Assembly: GCA_051294905.1 (NCBI GenBank)
Contig: CM119371.1
Span: 22,632,001-22,696,000 of the forward strand
DNA from: Botryllus schlosseri
Taxonomy: Eukaryota
Direction: 5' to 3'
Length of the DNA: 64,000 nucleotides
Under the pieces are notes generated by a model that was not told where the DNA came from, made no database searches, and saw only the letters and a program-made list of their open reading frames with translations. The translations under genes were made by a program, and so were the position numbers. Below, piece after piece: positions 38,852 to 51,589 of the stretch. Numbering within the stretch: the stretch's first letter is position 1; every line of letters starts with the position of its first letter.

Positions 38852-41089
38852 CAGAGGTCTCAAACTCAAATGTGCTCGCGGGCCAATTTCCTACTTTTTG
38901 ATGGCGCCGCGGGCCGCAGCACCAATAATGGGGAGAATTCAATGTATTTCCTGGGTAGGCCTTATTTGACGGGACCTTTGCAGACGGACATTCCAAACGC
39001 ATCGTGAAAATGTGATTTACTATTGTGAATTCACGCCTGGCACGAAAAAAAAAATCACATTTTTAAGTATATTAATAAAATTGTTGCTGTACTTGGCATT
39101 GTTTGTCAAAGTAATTAATTGTAGACACCATGCGAGAGTACAGATGCATCAGGACATCGTAAAAGCTGTCGCGTTATAATTTTGCAGCTATCGGACATTT
39201 GACGTGCGGCAATTATCGGTGGAATTTATGAATTTTACAAAGATTGATCTGATATCAGAGCATTAGAGCAGTACAGCCAAATCCGGGTATCTGCAGAGGT
39301 GGTCAAAGTAGTCAAGAAAGCTACTCAAGTAGAAGTAGAACTAGCGTCGAAAAAATCTACTCAAGTACAAGTAGAAGTACTTCTTTCATAAGCAACCTGA
39401 AACTACTTGAAGTAGAAGTAGAATTGTCTGACTTTAAAAGTACTCAAGTAAGTAAGTAGTTGTGAAAACGATACTGATTGGATGGATTATAAAAAGGTGC
39501 AAATTGAGCTATGTGATAGGTGACGAGCTTGATTCATATTGATGCATAGCAGCAGCCAGCAGGTATCCAATTTTCGATAGCATAAGCATTCGTCACATCA
39601 TGGGATGAAAATGATAGTACTGATAAGAACATGCGATGCTAATCCTTTGTTTTCTCGAACAGCACGTTTTGGAAAATAGCATGGTATGGCGCCATCCCCC
39701 ATATCATAAGGCCCGTAGTTTAGTCGAAGAGCAATACGGAGAATTTATATAAGATACGGTGTAAACACTTAGCGCGATTAGTAAACGTTAATAAAAAATA
39801 TGGTGGACCGTAAAATGCCATATTGTGTAGCTTTATTTCCAGAAATCAAAGGCATTACTGCACTTGCTTTTATACTTCAACATGTATGTTATCCAGACAA
39901 AAGAACTGATATTAATCATAAGTATATGATACTGAGAATTGAAAGTGAAATATTAATAATACTTCTAAAAGCAGAATATGTATTCCATGTTTTTAGTCCG
40001 GAAAGTTTCAAAGGTGGTATGCTAAAACATCTCTAAAACTAAAAAAAAGTAAAGTCAAAGTCCACTCTTCCAGATTAGGACACGCCATGGACATGCTAAA
40101 TTACGATATGACAAGAACATGATAGATTGCGAAACATCAGTTTCAAAGGTTATGATGAGCCATTATATACTGTGATGAATTATTTCATATGGGTGAAGGG
40201 CGACAATGTGGCGTGAACGGAACCACGCTAACCCTCCACCTAAATTTTATTCCCCGATACTTTTGTGAAATCATACTGGTCACTCCGTATCCACTGCGCG
40301 CGAAGCGCGACGAAAATTCTGGGCTTTACTAAACTTTTATGAAAATTAAATGTTAATACTCCGTGAAAACAGCTCCGAAATTCTTCAGGCTATCTTCCAG
40401 ATTGGAAGATTGAACTACTTCTACTTGACAAACTGAAAATAGCGAAAAGTAAGTAAGTAGATCACAATATATTAAGAAGTATAAGTAGAAGTAGCGAAAA
40501 TCAGATCTACTTGAGTAAGTACCAGAAGTAGAGGAAAACTACTTGAGTACTTCGAAAAAGTAGAAGTACTTCGTTACTGACCACCTCTGGGTATCTGGCA
40601 TAGGCCTACTGATAACTAGGCTATATTGATCATGTCATTACCAAAGCCAAATCAAATCAGCGTTAGATTTGCCTTCGAATATTGGAACAGGTCATTAACA
40701 ACTTGAAGATCTGAATACTGTGCCATAGCAGTATATATGTGGAATCGTCCTTCTCTGATTGTAACGGTTGACGCGACGAGTGCATGTACGGGTAATTCTA
40801 CAGAAGGTCGCGCCCAAGTCCAAATCACAATTTTCAGTCACGAATCATCAATGGGTCATATTTTACCATCATAAACAAGTAATATCACGTAATAGTTGAT
40901 CTTCCACTGCGTGGTAACTTTTGAAAGTGATTTAATAGTGAAGTTTTCGGAGTAGTTTCAGAGCAAATTTCAAGTTCTCAAATTAAAATAAAAAAATTGG
41001 TAGTTAAATATTGTCGAATACTTCGAAATCCAAAATTCCGTCGCGGGCCGCACAAAATGGTCTCGCGGGCCGCGTGTTTGAGACCTCTG
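38852..41089. mobile_element. Charlie-type hAT element nested in 38312-41409
   Basis: TIR CAGAGGTCTCAAAC / GTTTGAGACCTCTG; TSD ACGTAAGT/ACGTAAAC (empty site gcgtaagc in the 58369 copy). Confidence 0.88.
39294..40589. mobile_element. hAT-type element with (AAGTAG/AAGTAC) subterminal repeats, nested in 38852-41089
   Basis: TIR CAGAGGTGGTCA / TGACCACCTCTG; perfect TSD GGTATCTG. Confidence 0.9.
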
Positions 41090-41588
41090 ACGTAAACTGT
41101 AGGCTTTGCGGTCAATTTGTTTGTGAGGGAACAATGGAGGCTCAGTAAAGCGCACGTTCATTGAATGATTCGGCGCTCTCACGGGTTACGATATCGTTTC
41201 GCGAACAATCCGAACATATGCAAGATACAGTGATTTTTATCGACACCGTTTACTTGGTGACTTGAAATTGACTCGTAAATTTTGCTCCAAGTCACGAGTC
41301 AATCCACATTTCTGATACGCCGAGTCAAGTCAAGTCAAGTCATTTTTGCAAAGTGACTCTAGTCAGGTCAAGTCTTACAAAAAAAATGACTCTGGTCATG
41401 CCAACACTGGAGAATAGTATTCATAGGCACACGCTCGCCTCGACCGAATAACATATAGATCGGTATCTGTATTCGCGTGACGCAGCATTTCACGAAGGAA
41501 TACTTGACTACTTCGACTGCATAAAGATAGAGTGCATTCCAAAAGATCTGTATAGGTTACTACAGTCTTGATAGGCATAGCCTTGCAA

Positions 41589-41908
41589 GAGGGATGGTGT
41601 GAACCTCTGAAAGGTTCAGGTTCGTGTGAACGCGAGCCTTTTTGTTAGGTTCTGTGTGAACGCGCGAACTTGTACCTCATGACGTCACGTGGCGTAATAT
41701 TGCCAATTCCATCCCTACATTTCAGTGGGTTGATAAAGGCCTACTAATGTACACGATACAAGATGTTATAATGTCGTGGAAAATTGTAATTTATGAAAAA
41801 GGCTCACAGTGCAGAACCGACCAAGGTTCGTTTGTGATCGTGAACCTCTAAATTTCTGAGTTTCACGCGCAGAACGCGAACGTAAACCTCACGTTCACAC
41901 CATCCATA
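41589..41908 (+). mobile_element. Short internally deleted TAGGGATGG-family MITE
   Basis: Both termini of the family joined by ~60 bp; TSD not evident. Confidence 0.8.
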
Positions 41909-42167
41909 GTTGGCGAGTTCATAATTGAATAATTGCTGTACTGTGCACATAGTCGTCAGCTCTCCAAATATGCCGTGGGTAGGTTTCGGCGAAGGTCCTG
42001 ACCATATCATTAGTAGTCAGCACCTCAAGTAGAGAGGTGAGTTGCGGAACATTTTACAGTCGAAACTTAGGGTCGCGGCCGTGCAAAAGGTTCGGAAAAC
42101 CTGTTCCGGAAACCAGAATCGTGAGGAATATTTCAACTTAGAGAATATTCCAATTTTACACTGTTAC

Positions 42168-43079
42168 CAAGGATGGCGTGAACCTCTTAAAGGTTCAGGT
42201 TCGTGTGAACGCGAACCTTTTTGAAAGGTTCTGTGTGAACGCGAACTCGTACCTGATGACGTCACGTGACGTCATATTGCTAATTCCATCCCTATATTTC
42301 AATGAAGTGATAGCCTCCTATTTGTACACGATACCTAATAGCGAGGACTCGGGCGACATAATGCCACAATGGTGAAGTACATATTGACGTCTTAAACGTC
42401 GCCGAATGTATCAACTGGGCAATCAAATGATACAGTATTCCCATAAAATCAATCTCTTCCGTCGCTTTGCCAACAATTTCGACGAGAACTTGCAAGGGAA
42501 TATAAGCCCACGCCTCAAGGGTCTATAGGTCAGACGGAGAATGTAGTCGGCGTCTGAGTATTGCTTCGTCAATATTGAGCAGAGTCTGAAACGGGTTTTT
42601 GTACTTGCTACCGATATTACCCCATCAACAAGTTGTACATCAGTTGCCAACAGCTAGATTTTTTACAACAGGCAACGATATCAATTTCATTGATTGGTTG
42701 AAAAAGCATCATTCGCTGACTACCTACACTGAGTGTATTACGCTCTCGATGTTGTGTGATTCCCGATCAATGTCACAGAAGAGTGTCACTAATATTCGAG
42801 CAAACTTTTGTAACAAAGCATGTAAAGTCTTTGAGATTGTCACGGTGCATGTTCGTTTAGTGATGACTTTTTAATGCTCTCAGCGCCAAGCATATAGTGG
42901 CCCGCAGTTGTAATGCAATAAATTTCAACCAAAGAAGTTATAATGAAGTGAAAATTGTACTATATGATAAAGGTTCACAGTGCAGAACCTACCAAGGTTG
43001 GGTTGTGAACGTGAACCTCTAAATTTCTGAGGTTCACACACAGGACGCGAACGTGAACCTCACGTTCATACCATCCCAT
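42168..43079 (+). mobile_element. TAGGGATGG-family MITE
   Basis: Homologous to 20106 and 24962 copies; TSD ACTGTTAC/ACTGTCAC. Confidence 0.88.
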
Positions 43080-43723
43080 ACTGTCACCCTCTAATGACTA
43101 TTTACGCATTCCGTTTTACGCGCATATGTCATAGTTGCTCTTGCGGTATTCATTGTGTTTGACGACTGCAATGGTCATTTGCGCGAGGCCGATTTTCTTT
43201 ATTTTTATTCCGTTTCTGCCGACTTGTAGCCCGGCCCACTTCTAAACTTTTTGTATGACACCGCTTAAGCGGATGGGATAACCAGGAGGACACTAGATAA
43301 ACCGATGTCGTGATTGCATCACCAGTTAAAACGCATTCCCTGTTTCGCTGTTATGCCATTAAGTAAACCGAGCGTTGTTGTTTCAGAGGACGTGCTCGAA
43401 GAACTCCTGAATAAAATTCGTGAAACCCAAGGGGTTCAATCCATCCTTATGAATAAAAACCATTTGTTTTGACGTCCTCGGTTTTCATGGCTGGGAAAAG
43501 TTTTCGTTGTCATCATTACTTGCTATTTCGTTAGACAAGAGATCAGTGCACTCAGAAATAAAAATACTTACAAATGATATTTTGTCGATTTAGTGCACTT
43601 ATCGATGAAATAGGTAAACTAGAAGACGTACCAAGGGAAATTCATCACGATAAATAGTTTCGATAGCCTATTCAATCACGTGACGACGGAGAAGGTTTCG
43701 CAAACACCTCCGTCCCGCAGAAT

Positions 43724-44690
43724 CAGGTCCGTAACTGTCGCACCAAACCGCAATTGGGGTGGGGGTCGAAGCTCGAAGGGGCCTGAAATTATTTCGAGAA
43801 TTAACACAAATTAAAGTGTATTTTTTTCAAAATATATGCAACATTTTCAAGTTTTTCACGCTACGAATGTTACCAAATATATTGATTATTGTTGACCCTG
43901 TCCCCACGCAAAAATGCGCATGATTTATAGTAATGGGCATTTCAGCATCGTCCATTAGCACGTCACGACGTACCAAGCCATATGTATTCTTAGGCCATAT
44001 AACATACGACTCCCAGAAGTGTGCCAAAACCATCAGCAGCGTGAAAAACTTGTCTGAAAAATGCCGCCCTTATGCTGACCTAATATTTCAAAATATCTCC
44101 ATTTTTAATTGTCCATAGGCGCCTAAATGGCTGACGCCGAATCTTCCTGTCCTGAAAATCTGAACCCCACAAGGCAAATGCTATCCCGTAGTCATCCAAT
44201 TTGAAATCGTGTGCGTCTTTTAGTTTAGTACGTTTGTGCGATTTCAATATCTTTATACATAGCAGACAGGAACTGACGAAGTAGCATCATGCAACGAAGT
44301 CATTACACCAACTGGCCCGTCCCAATATCTGTAAATATTATTTGTGGGCGCCCCACTCAGCTGTAGCGGTGAATCTGATTACGTGAGCAGAGAGATATTA
44401 AAAAATATCAGCAATATTTATGCAATTTACGATCATATTGACCGATTCAATCATCAATTATACAACTTTTTCGCGCATCGCGCAGTTACGAGATACAAGC
44501 GCCTCAACAAACAGTGCAATAAACCTTACTGACAAGTAGCGATGAATAGTCCATAGCCTGACTGGGGTATGGGGGGCTGGGGCGGGGATTCGCCCCCGGA
44601 AGCTTTGTTCATCACCCTATGTGAGGGCCAAGACCAGCGTTTTGAGGGATGACGAGGCGCTGTTTCGGTACTACGCAGGATGGCCTGTTT
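43724..44690 (-). mobile_element. Decayed CAGGGCCGTAAC-family element
   Basis: caggtccgtaactgtcgcacc end; reverse-complement similarity to 22230-23544. Confidence 0.7.
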
Positions 44691-44720
44691 ATGGATAATT
44701 TCGACGTGAATGGGGTAAAG

Positions 44721-45749
44721 CATGGGTCACCAACCTTTTTGCAACCGAGGGCTACTTTTGCGTAATGATTGAAGCGGCGGGCTACTATTTACTCCCGCCG
44801 TATTTCGGCTTTGATAGTCATAGCACTGGGCAGGACTGGACATCATGTTATCAGTTTCTATAGCAGTCAGTGGGAAGCCTGACATTATATGATATCAACT
44901 AGTGCGCTGTACTCTGGTATGTAACTTGACATTGCATGCACTTCTGAGTGAGTGTTCCAGATGTGCATTAATTAAGCGTGTTTTGTGTTTGTTTTTGATG
45001 AAGTTCATGTCCGAAAAGGCTGATTCACAACGATAAGTTGAACCATAGACGCTTGCAACCTTCCTAGCTGCTGAGCATACACCACTGTACTTTTCCGTAT
45101 CAACAAGGCCCCAAACGTTTGCGGCAGACTGCTGAGGTGGGGGTCATTTTTCAGTGTTACAATTTCAATCTCCAACTGTTCAGCATCCAGAAATGGCTAG
45201 ATATCATTATACCGGACAATGATTACATAAAGTTAGAAACATGGTATACTAAACTGCGATGAGTGTAACAGAAACAAGCTGTGTCAAAAGATGCAATACG
45301 TAATGGGTATACAGATATTCAAAATCTGCTAGTACTTCACGGCCATCTAACTCCAAATAGTAATATTGTTTACTACTTTGGCATTGTCCTGGACGTCGAG
45401 TTATCATAACGGACCCCCCGCCATTTCAAGAAGACCGTGAATGGCATTCCGTCATGTCGCCTGTATAGGCAATGCACCGTGATGGTGATTCTATCACATA
45501 CATCTATATATTACTAATTGTAATTGAGGATATTTTTAAGTGTTTATATGTGTAAGTTACATGTTAGTGTATTTGAAACAAGAATAGCTGAATCAATCAA
45601 ATCTATATATTTAGAAGCTGACTGGTAATAATCAGACGAATATTGGTAAATGCTGCTATATTCCACCTTTTTTAGAACGGGCTCGCGGGCTACTCATCTA
45701 GTCCTCGCGTGCTACCTGGGGCCCGCGGGCACCGGGTTGGTGACCCCTG
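44721..45749 (-). mobile_element. Charlie/Buster hAT deletion derivative with transposase C-terminal remnant (~44866-45200)
   Basis: CATGGGTCACCAACC / GGTTGGTGACCCCTG; perfect TSD GGGTAAAG. Minus strand reads WGLVDTEKYSGVCSAARKVASVYGSTYRCESAFSDMNFIKNKHKTRLINAHL...QASH*, the GSTYxCExxFS motif of Buster/GTF2IRD2-type transposases. Confidence 0.9.
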
Positions 45750-47681
45750 GGGTAAAGGTTACACGGCTGTTGCTCCTCTTTGTTTCGTGAAAGTAGTTCG
45801 TGCACTTTCGCGAACCTCAGTATGGTAATTTGCGATGGTATATTTCGACGAGAAATCATGATCCAAGGAGATAAAATATGATTTTAAATTTGTTTGCTCT
45901 GTGTGGATTTCTGTTTTTATTGCGACCCTAGCCAAATAGGCAATATGTAGGCGTGATACTAGCGTGATGGCGTAGTGATATCTTCCACAGCTGCCCCACT
46001 AATGGCTAGTGTGTTCCAGTCCCTCCGAGGTCGACTCCATAATTTCTTCAGGAGAGTCATAGGTTTTCTAGGCACCACCTGAATTTGTAGACCAATTTGA
46101 CCTACGTATGATTGAATAAAATCGGTCGTTGCATTTTATCATCTAGCAAGCAGATACCAGTAGCTAATTGATTAGAGAGAGTTCACTTCTAACCACTAAT
46201 CCAATATGTCCATGGGCTTTCGTCAGTCGTGGGGTGACTATAGGAGTTCCGAGCAGAGAGGCAGTGTGATTACTGTGTCGACTTTGTCTAACGACGTGAC
46301 GGAAATTAAAAGGAAGTAAAGACTTTGCAAGAGACTGTGTCAGAGCTTTCAGGAAGGGTGAATGAAATATACGAATGCGTGGTAAGTTCTTGTGACCAGG
46401 GACTCCTGAGTTTAAGGCAGTGTCACACATCTGTGTTATTGGCAACTAAACGAAATTGAATCAAATTAGACCGTTTTCTACTTTTGCATGCCCAATTGCC
46501 CATTGACCAATCAAATGTTTCGACACCCCCACTTTCTCCTTCGGCTAACCGTTCTGTTCGCGTGTCACGCTGGCAAGTTGTACTAGTGCATCATCAAGTC
46601 ATTGTGAAGGTACTTTTGCGATAACAAATCACTGAACTATTCTTCCTACAATACCAACATATAGTAGCGGTGCGCGGTGTAGTCGCAGTTATGCTAAGCT
46701 AGGGTCCGTAATTTCCTGTACACGTCAGGAATTTCACTGTTCAAACTGCCTCCGGGAGAAAATTATAAAATACGAATTAAGGTCCGGAATTTTGAAGGCT
46801 TGAAATAGGCTGAATTTTTTTCTTTTGTGAACATGAACCATGTTGTTGTAACCTTCTCCTAACGTAAGGAGGGGTATTGAAACCGCTTTTAATTGAACTC
46901 AAATCCTACGACCGATCCTGACAAACGATGATCCGTTGATGAAGGTTTGAAATAATGTATTTAAATGAATGACGTAACAAATGAATGTCCCAAATGCAGC
47001 AAATAAGTTAGGTCGTGAAAATAGGTTTTAAAATAGTGGTCGCCTGCTTTTATGGAGACAAACCTAAACAATAGAAACACATGCGGCAACTAGAGACCAC
47101 AGATAACACAAATAACAACTAGCAGCGTAACGACGCCACGTAGCTAACACATATTACCAACGACAAAACCGAATAAACTAGAGGCATCGCCCAATCAACA
47201 TATATAGAGAGCAACCAATGCTGCACCTAATCAATTGTTGATAATTACTATACACTGCAGATTACTGAAGTAACAATTATTTGTTGAAGGCTTAAAATTT
47301 GGTCGTATATCAACATAAACAACATTCTTTTAAAACAGATTCATGCTACTTGAAATTTTTCTTTGCGGTGCACGGGATTTAGAGTAACGTATATTAATTT
47401 TAATTTGGGGACCACCGCTCCCGCAACAAATGCAACCAAAAATAAACGAAAATACCCATAATCTACTGAAATAAATCTAATTGTATTCGCAATAATCGGA
47501 GAATGGTGCATTCATAAAATCGGTAAAGGCCGTTTCCATGCTTTAGTGAAAGACAGCGCTTCTAAACCTGGGTGTCGTTTGCCTTTGGATCAGTGGTTCT
47601 CAACCTGGGGGGCGCGCCAGAGCTCATATTAGAGATGACCCACTTTATGACTTATGTTTCACTCTTGTAGACGCTATACAG

Positions 47682-47821
47682 CAGAGATGAGCGGAATTAT
47701 ATGTCCTAATCCAATCCAAATCCGAAGCTTCAAATCCTAATCCAATCCAAATCCTACAATATTTCACAGATCCGGTTTTTCCAAATCCTAATCCCAATCC
47801 ATGGTCAATTGCTCATCTCTG
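47682..47821. mobile_element. 140-bp hAT-type MITE with (AATCC) repeats
   Basis: CAGAGATGAGC / GCTCATCTCTG; TSD CTATACAG/TTATACAG. Confidence 0.8.
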
Positions 47822-47905
47822 TTATACAGTTGATAGGCAAAGCTCCGCTATTGTGATGTCAATGTCTTCATACTTCATTGTATTATCCGCTAGTATGCTC
47901 TATAG

Positions 47906-49310
47906 TAGGGTTACCATATTTTTGTGAAGCAAAGTCCGGATACCCTTTAGCGCCCACTAGCGGATTCAAAAATGAGGTGTAACACATTGTCTGTCAATAT
48001 GACGTCACACTAGCAAAGGATTGCCCATCGACTGTATACGAATGGAGTGGAACATAGGCCATGAATTGGGTCATCTGTAATGTGATATCTGGTGATTGCT
48101 ACTTGCCAGGGTCTGCAACAAATTTCTCCACGGGCCGGATGAAATCGTCTGGCGGGCCGTGTCTGGCCTGTCCGGATTGTGTTTGTCAGCCCTACTATAC
48201 TGTTAAGTCGGTGCGGCTATCTGGTTGTTTATTTTAATCAGATCTGGAACAACATTGTTTCTGTCCCCTTCCGCCCAAATAAAGCCCTGATGTTGGGCCC
48301 ACCAGAGGGTACTCGGTGTACCTTCTTGGGCACTTACTATATGCATTTGGCTGTTAAAATTTATCAATGAATTCTGTCGATAATATTGATTCTTCCATAT
48401 TTTAGGCTACTATAAAATGCACCAGCAGGTTGCACATCCGGGGATTTCCAATTTTTTATGGTGGCAACGTCATTTCCAACTTGAAAATGTGCCGTGGTCA
48501 AGCTGAAAACTTGATAAGCTGAAGCTAATTACTAAAAAATTTCAGCTTGCCCAAACTTACTCACGGCCTAGGAAGCTGATTACGTCCAACATCATCGCGA
48601 TTCCCAGATAAAGGCAAACGACCCCAAGATTTGGAACCATTGTCTGTGACTGAAGCATCCAAGAGGATTTGTCCTATTTTTTGACTTTTTGAAAGTGTCC
48701 TCGGAGGACGGACAAATGTCCTCTAGTTTGAGATTTTGTCCTCTTTTTTGAGAAATTTGGTTAAATATGGGGCGAAAGTCGACTGAGATACATTAAATCA
48801 GTACTGGAATAACGTTCCGGCGGCTATTTCGGGAGTTTGGTCGGAAAGTTGCCCTTTTCTTTACAATTTTTTCAGGATTTTCCTCTGGTTTTGCAAGTTT
48901 TAAAATGTTGAAAAAGTGTCCTCTTTTCAGATTTCCAAAATATGGTAGCTCTACTTAACCAACTCTAGGAATATACCGTTAGCTTATCATCACAATCGGA
49001 CTTATTTCAGTAAACAATGGTTATTCATATTTATTTTGATTGCATTTTTGGGCGAGAGTGATTGCCTGGTGCTCATACTAATATCAATATAAGTTGCATT
49101 AACTCGCACGCGGCACGAAGAAGAATTTTTATTAGCATAAATCTGCTTGAAAATAATATTGTTTATGCTGATTTACGAAAAAATTTTGAGCCTACTTAAA
49201 GCCTTCAAAATTCCGGACATTTAGGCATATCTTAGAAATTCCTCCCGGACGCAGATTTTTCAGTGAAATTCCGGACATGTCCGGGAAATTCCGGACGTAT
49301 GGAAACCCTA
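47906..49310. mobile_element. hAT element with TAGGGTTACCATA termini (Blackjack-like), containing further insertions
   Basis: TAGGGTTACCATA / TATGGAAACCCTA; perfect TSD CTCTATAG; CCGGA subterminal motifs. Confidence 0.88.
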
Positions 49311-49960
49311 CTCTATAGCCGTTGTCGCGAGCCTCTTTTGTCCGAAGAGCCATATTGTCTCTGTTTTTTTACCATCTCCACTCCCAAAGAGCCATACATG
49401 CCATTGAACTGTTACGTCACAACTGAGAATTCGTGACGTCATGGTAGCATTAATTCGAGCTCACTACATGGGATTCCACGTGTGCGCCATATTCTCTCCG
49501 TAAAAACTGGTATTTATTGTTCGAGAATTATGCTGGAAACGAGAGATAAGGCACAGACGGGCCAAGCCTCACCATTGATAACGCAATTCATGGTAGGCTT
49601 AGAATCTATTACAACTGATATTAATCGAATACGACTGTCACACTGATTCCGAAAATCTAAAAACTTATATCGACTTCTCAATTCTCAAAGTATTCGGTAG
49701 AAACATAACGTTGCGCAACACGCCTAGATTTTATCGCCTGTACTACACAGAGCCATGCTTACCAATCAAGAACGTGGATAGCTATAACGTTGTTTGTAAT
49801 TCGAGTTTGTAAGTGTCACATCTACAGCAATTCATTTTGCGCCGTACATCAGAAAGACTATGTTTTGAAATCGGCGTTGCCATGTTTGCTATATTCTTTG
49901 ATTAATCAACGTATCGCACAATTCAAGATTTCGATTCGGGTACATAGAATCCGCGAGTGA

Positions 49961-51589
49961 TATAGATAGATAGATAGATAGTCTTTTATTCGTCACATCA
50001 ATAAATAAAGAAATATACAAAACAAATATTGCAGTATAGACTGGGAGACGACGAGGGGCCGTTAGGCCTTCAGAGTCAGTCGCCACCCGTTTGGAGTGTT
50101 TGATGCGTGTAACATATATATTAAATCACACACATATACGTAGAGTCAACATTCAGTAAATATACGACTAACGACACGATATTAAACTTTAATAAGGGTG
50201 TAATAAAGGATAACATTAGAACAAGCATTGCATAAAAGAAAAGAATCAACAGTACGTTTGGAGTAGATAATTTTTACATATTTTTTTAAACTGCCATGGT
50301 GGTATTGGTATCAGCTCTGCAGGGAGATCATTCCAAGTTTTCGCACCGACAAAATGTAAACTATTGCGGGATGAAGATCGTGACAGGAGAGGCAGCGAAA
50401 TATAATTTCTCGATACCTGTCTAGTTTCATAACCATGAGTTTTCGCAAAAGTTGTAAAATGCGAATTAAAGTATGACCTGTTTGTGTGGAAGATGGTGTG
50501 CATCATCTTTGCCGTCTCGTACTGAATTAGGTCGGTAACCCTGAGTATACCATGACTTCGATATTCCGGGAGAATTCGTTGCCTGGGAGGCAATTTACTA
50601 ATGACACGAAGAGCCTGGTTCTGGAGAGTTTTGATTTTTGTAAGGTTTGTTACATTTGTATGTCCCCAAATATTTATTGCATATTGAAGCTGAGATTGAA
50701 AAATAGCAAAATACACTGCGCACAGTACTTTTTGTGGCATTAGATATTTCAATCGTTGTAGCATGCCCGTAGCCCTTGACAATTTCGAGGTGACTGAGTC
50801 TATCTGAGGTTTCCATGACAATTTCGAATCGACAAGAATTCCAAGATAGCGAACGTGATCAGCTGGGTTAATGACAGTTTGATTGATTGTTACAGAAAAT
50901 GGATTGGTTTTTAGCGAATTGGAATTATTAAATAAGAGAAGTTGGGTTTTGCTGGGGTTGATGGAAAGTTGATTACTTCTCATCCAATTACAGATCTTTG
51001 TCATTTCATTAGATGTCAATTCTTGCAAGGTCTGCAAGGATGTTGAGGATGCTGAGAAACAGGCATCATCAGCGAATAGTACGGTTTTCAGTGAGGAGAC
51101 CTTGCTAACATCATTGATATACATAAGAAATAATAAAGGCCCCAATACAGACCCCTGAGGGACGCCACAAGTTATAGTTGATGGAGCGGAGATAGTACTA
51201 TTGACATACACACATTGTCGGCGGTTTTTCAAGTAGTCAGATATAAGTTTTGAGGCAATAACACGTATGCCAAACTGAACAAGTTTTCTAATCAGTATCT
51301 GGTGGTTAACAGAGTCAAATGCTTTGCTGATATCTAAAAAAACACAGCATGATGTTTTTTTGTTATCAAGTGACTTGAAGTGTCTGGATGTCATGTCGGC
51401 TAGGGCCTGCGTAGTGCTTCTATTGGCTAAAAAACCGAATTGCTCATCGGATAATAGTGAATTTTTCATAACAAAGTCAATGATTCTGCGGTAGAGTAGT
51501 CTTTCAAATGTAATGGCGATTGAGTTCAAAACTGAAATTGGTCTGTAGTTTCCAATTTCTAGCCTGTCGTTCTTTTTGTAAACTGGTAA
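49961..51589 (-). mobile_element. 5'-truncated CR1/L2-type non-LTR retrotransposon
   Basis: RT ORF followed by 3' UTR ending AATAAAAGA(CTAT)n. Confidence 0.92.
50246..51589 (-). CDS. LINE ORF2 reverse transcriptase, partial and uninterrupted
   Basis: LPVYKKNDRLEIGNYRPISVL, QFGF, FLDISKAFDSVNH, GVPQGSVLGPLLF, LFADD, YLGILVDSKLSW, WNDLP. Confidence 0.92.
   Translation of the reverse strand, partial: LPVYKKNDRLEIGNYRPISVLNSIAITFERLLYRRIIDFVMKNSLLSDEQFGFLANRSTTQALADMTSRHFKSLDNKKTSCCVFLDISKAFDSVNHQILIRKLVQFGIRVIASKLISDYLKNRRQCVYVNSTISAPSTITCGVPQGSVLGPLLFLMYINDVSKVSSLKTVLFADDACFSASSTSLQTLQELTSNEMTKICNWMRSNQLSINPSKTQLLLFNNSNSLKTNPFSVTINQTVINPADHVRYLGILVDSKLSWKPQIDSVTSKLSRATGMLQRLKYLMPQKVLCAVYFAIFQSQLQYAINIWGHTNVTNLTKIKTLQNQALRVISKLPPRQRILPEYRSHGILRVTDLIQYETAKMMHTIFHTNRSYFNSHFTTFAKTHGYETRQVSRNYISLPLLSRSSSRNSLHFVGAKTWNDLPAELIPIPPWQFKKICKNYLLQTYC

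Larger units (their letters stand above)
38312..41409 (+). mobile_element. hAT-type MITE with (CAAGT/GAGTC)n arrays, split by nested elements
   Basis: Homologous to uninterrupted copy 58369-59318; TSD GATAATAG/GAGAATAG. Confidence 0.88.
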
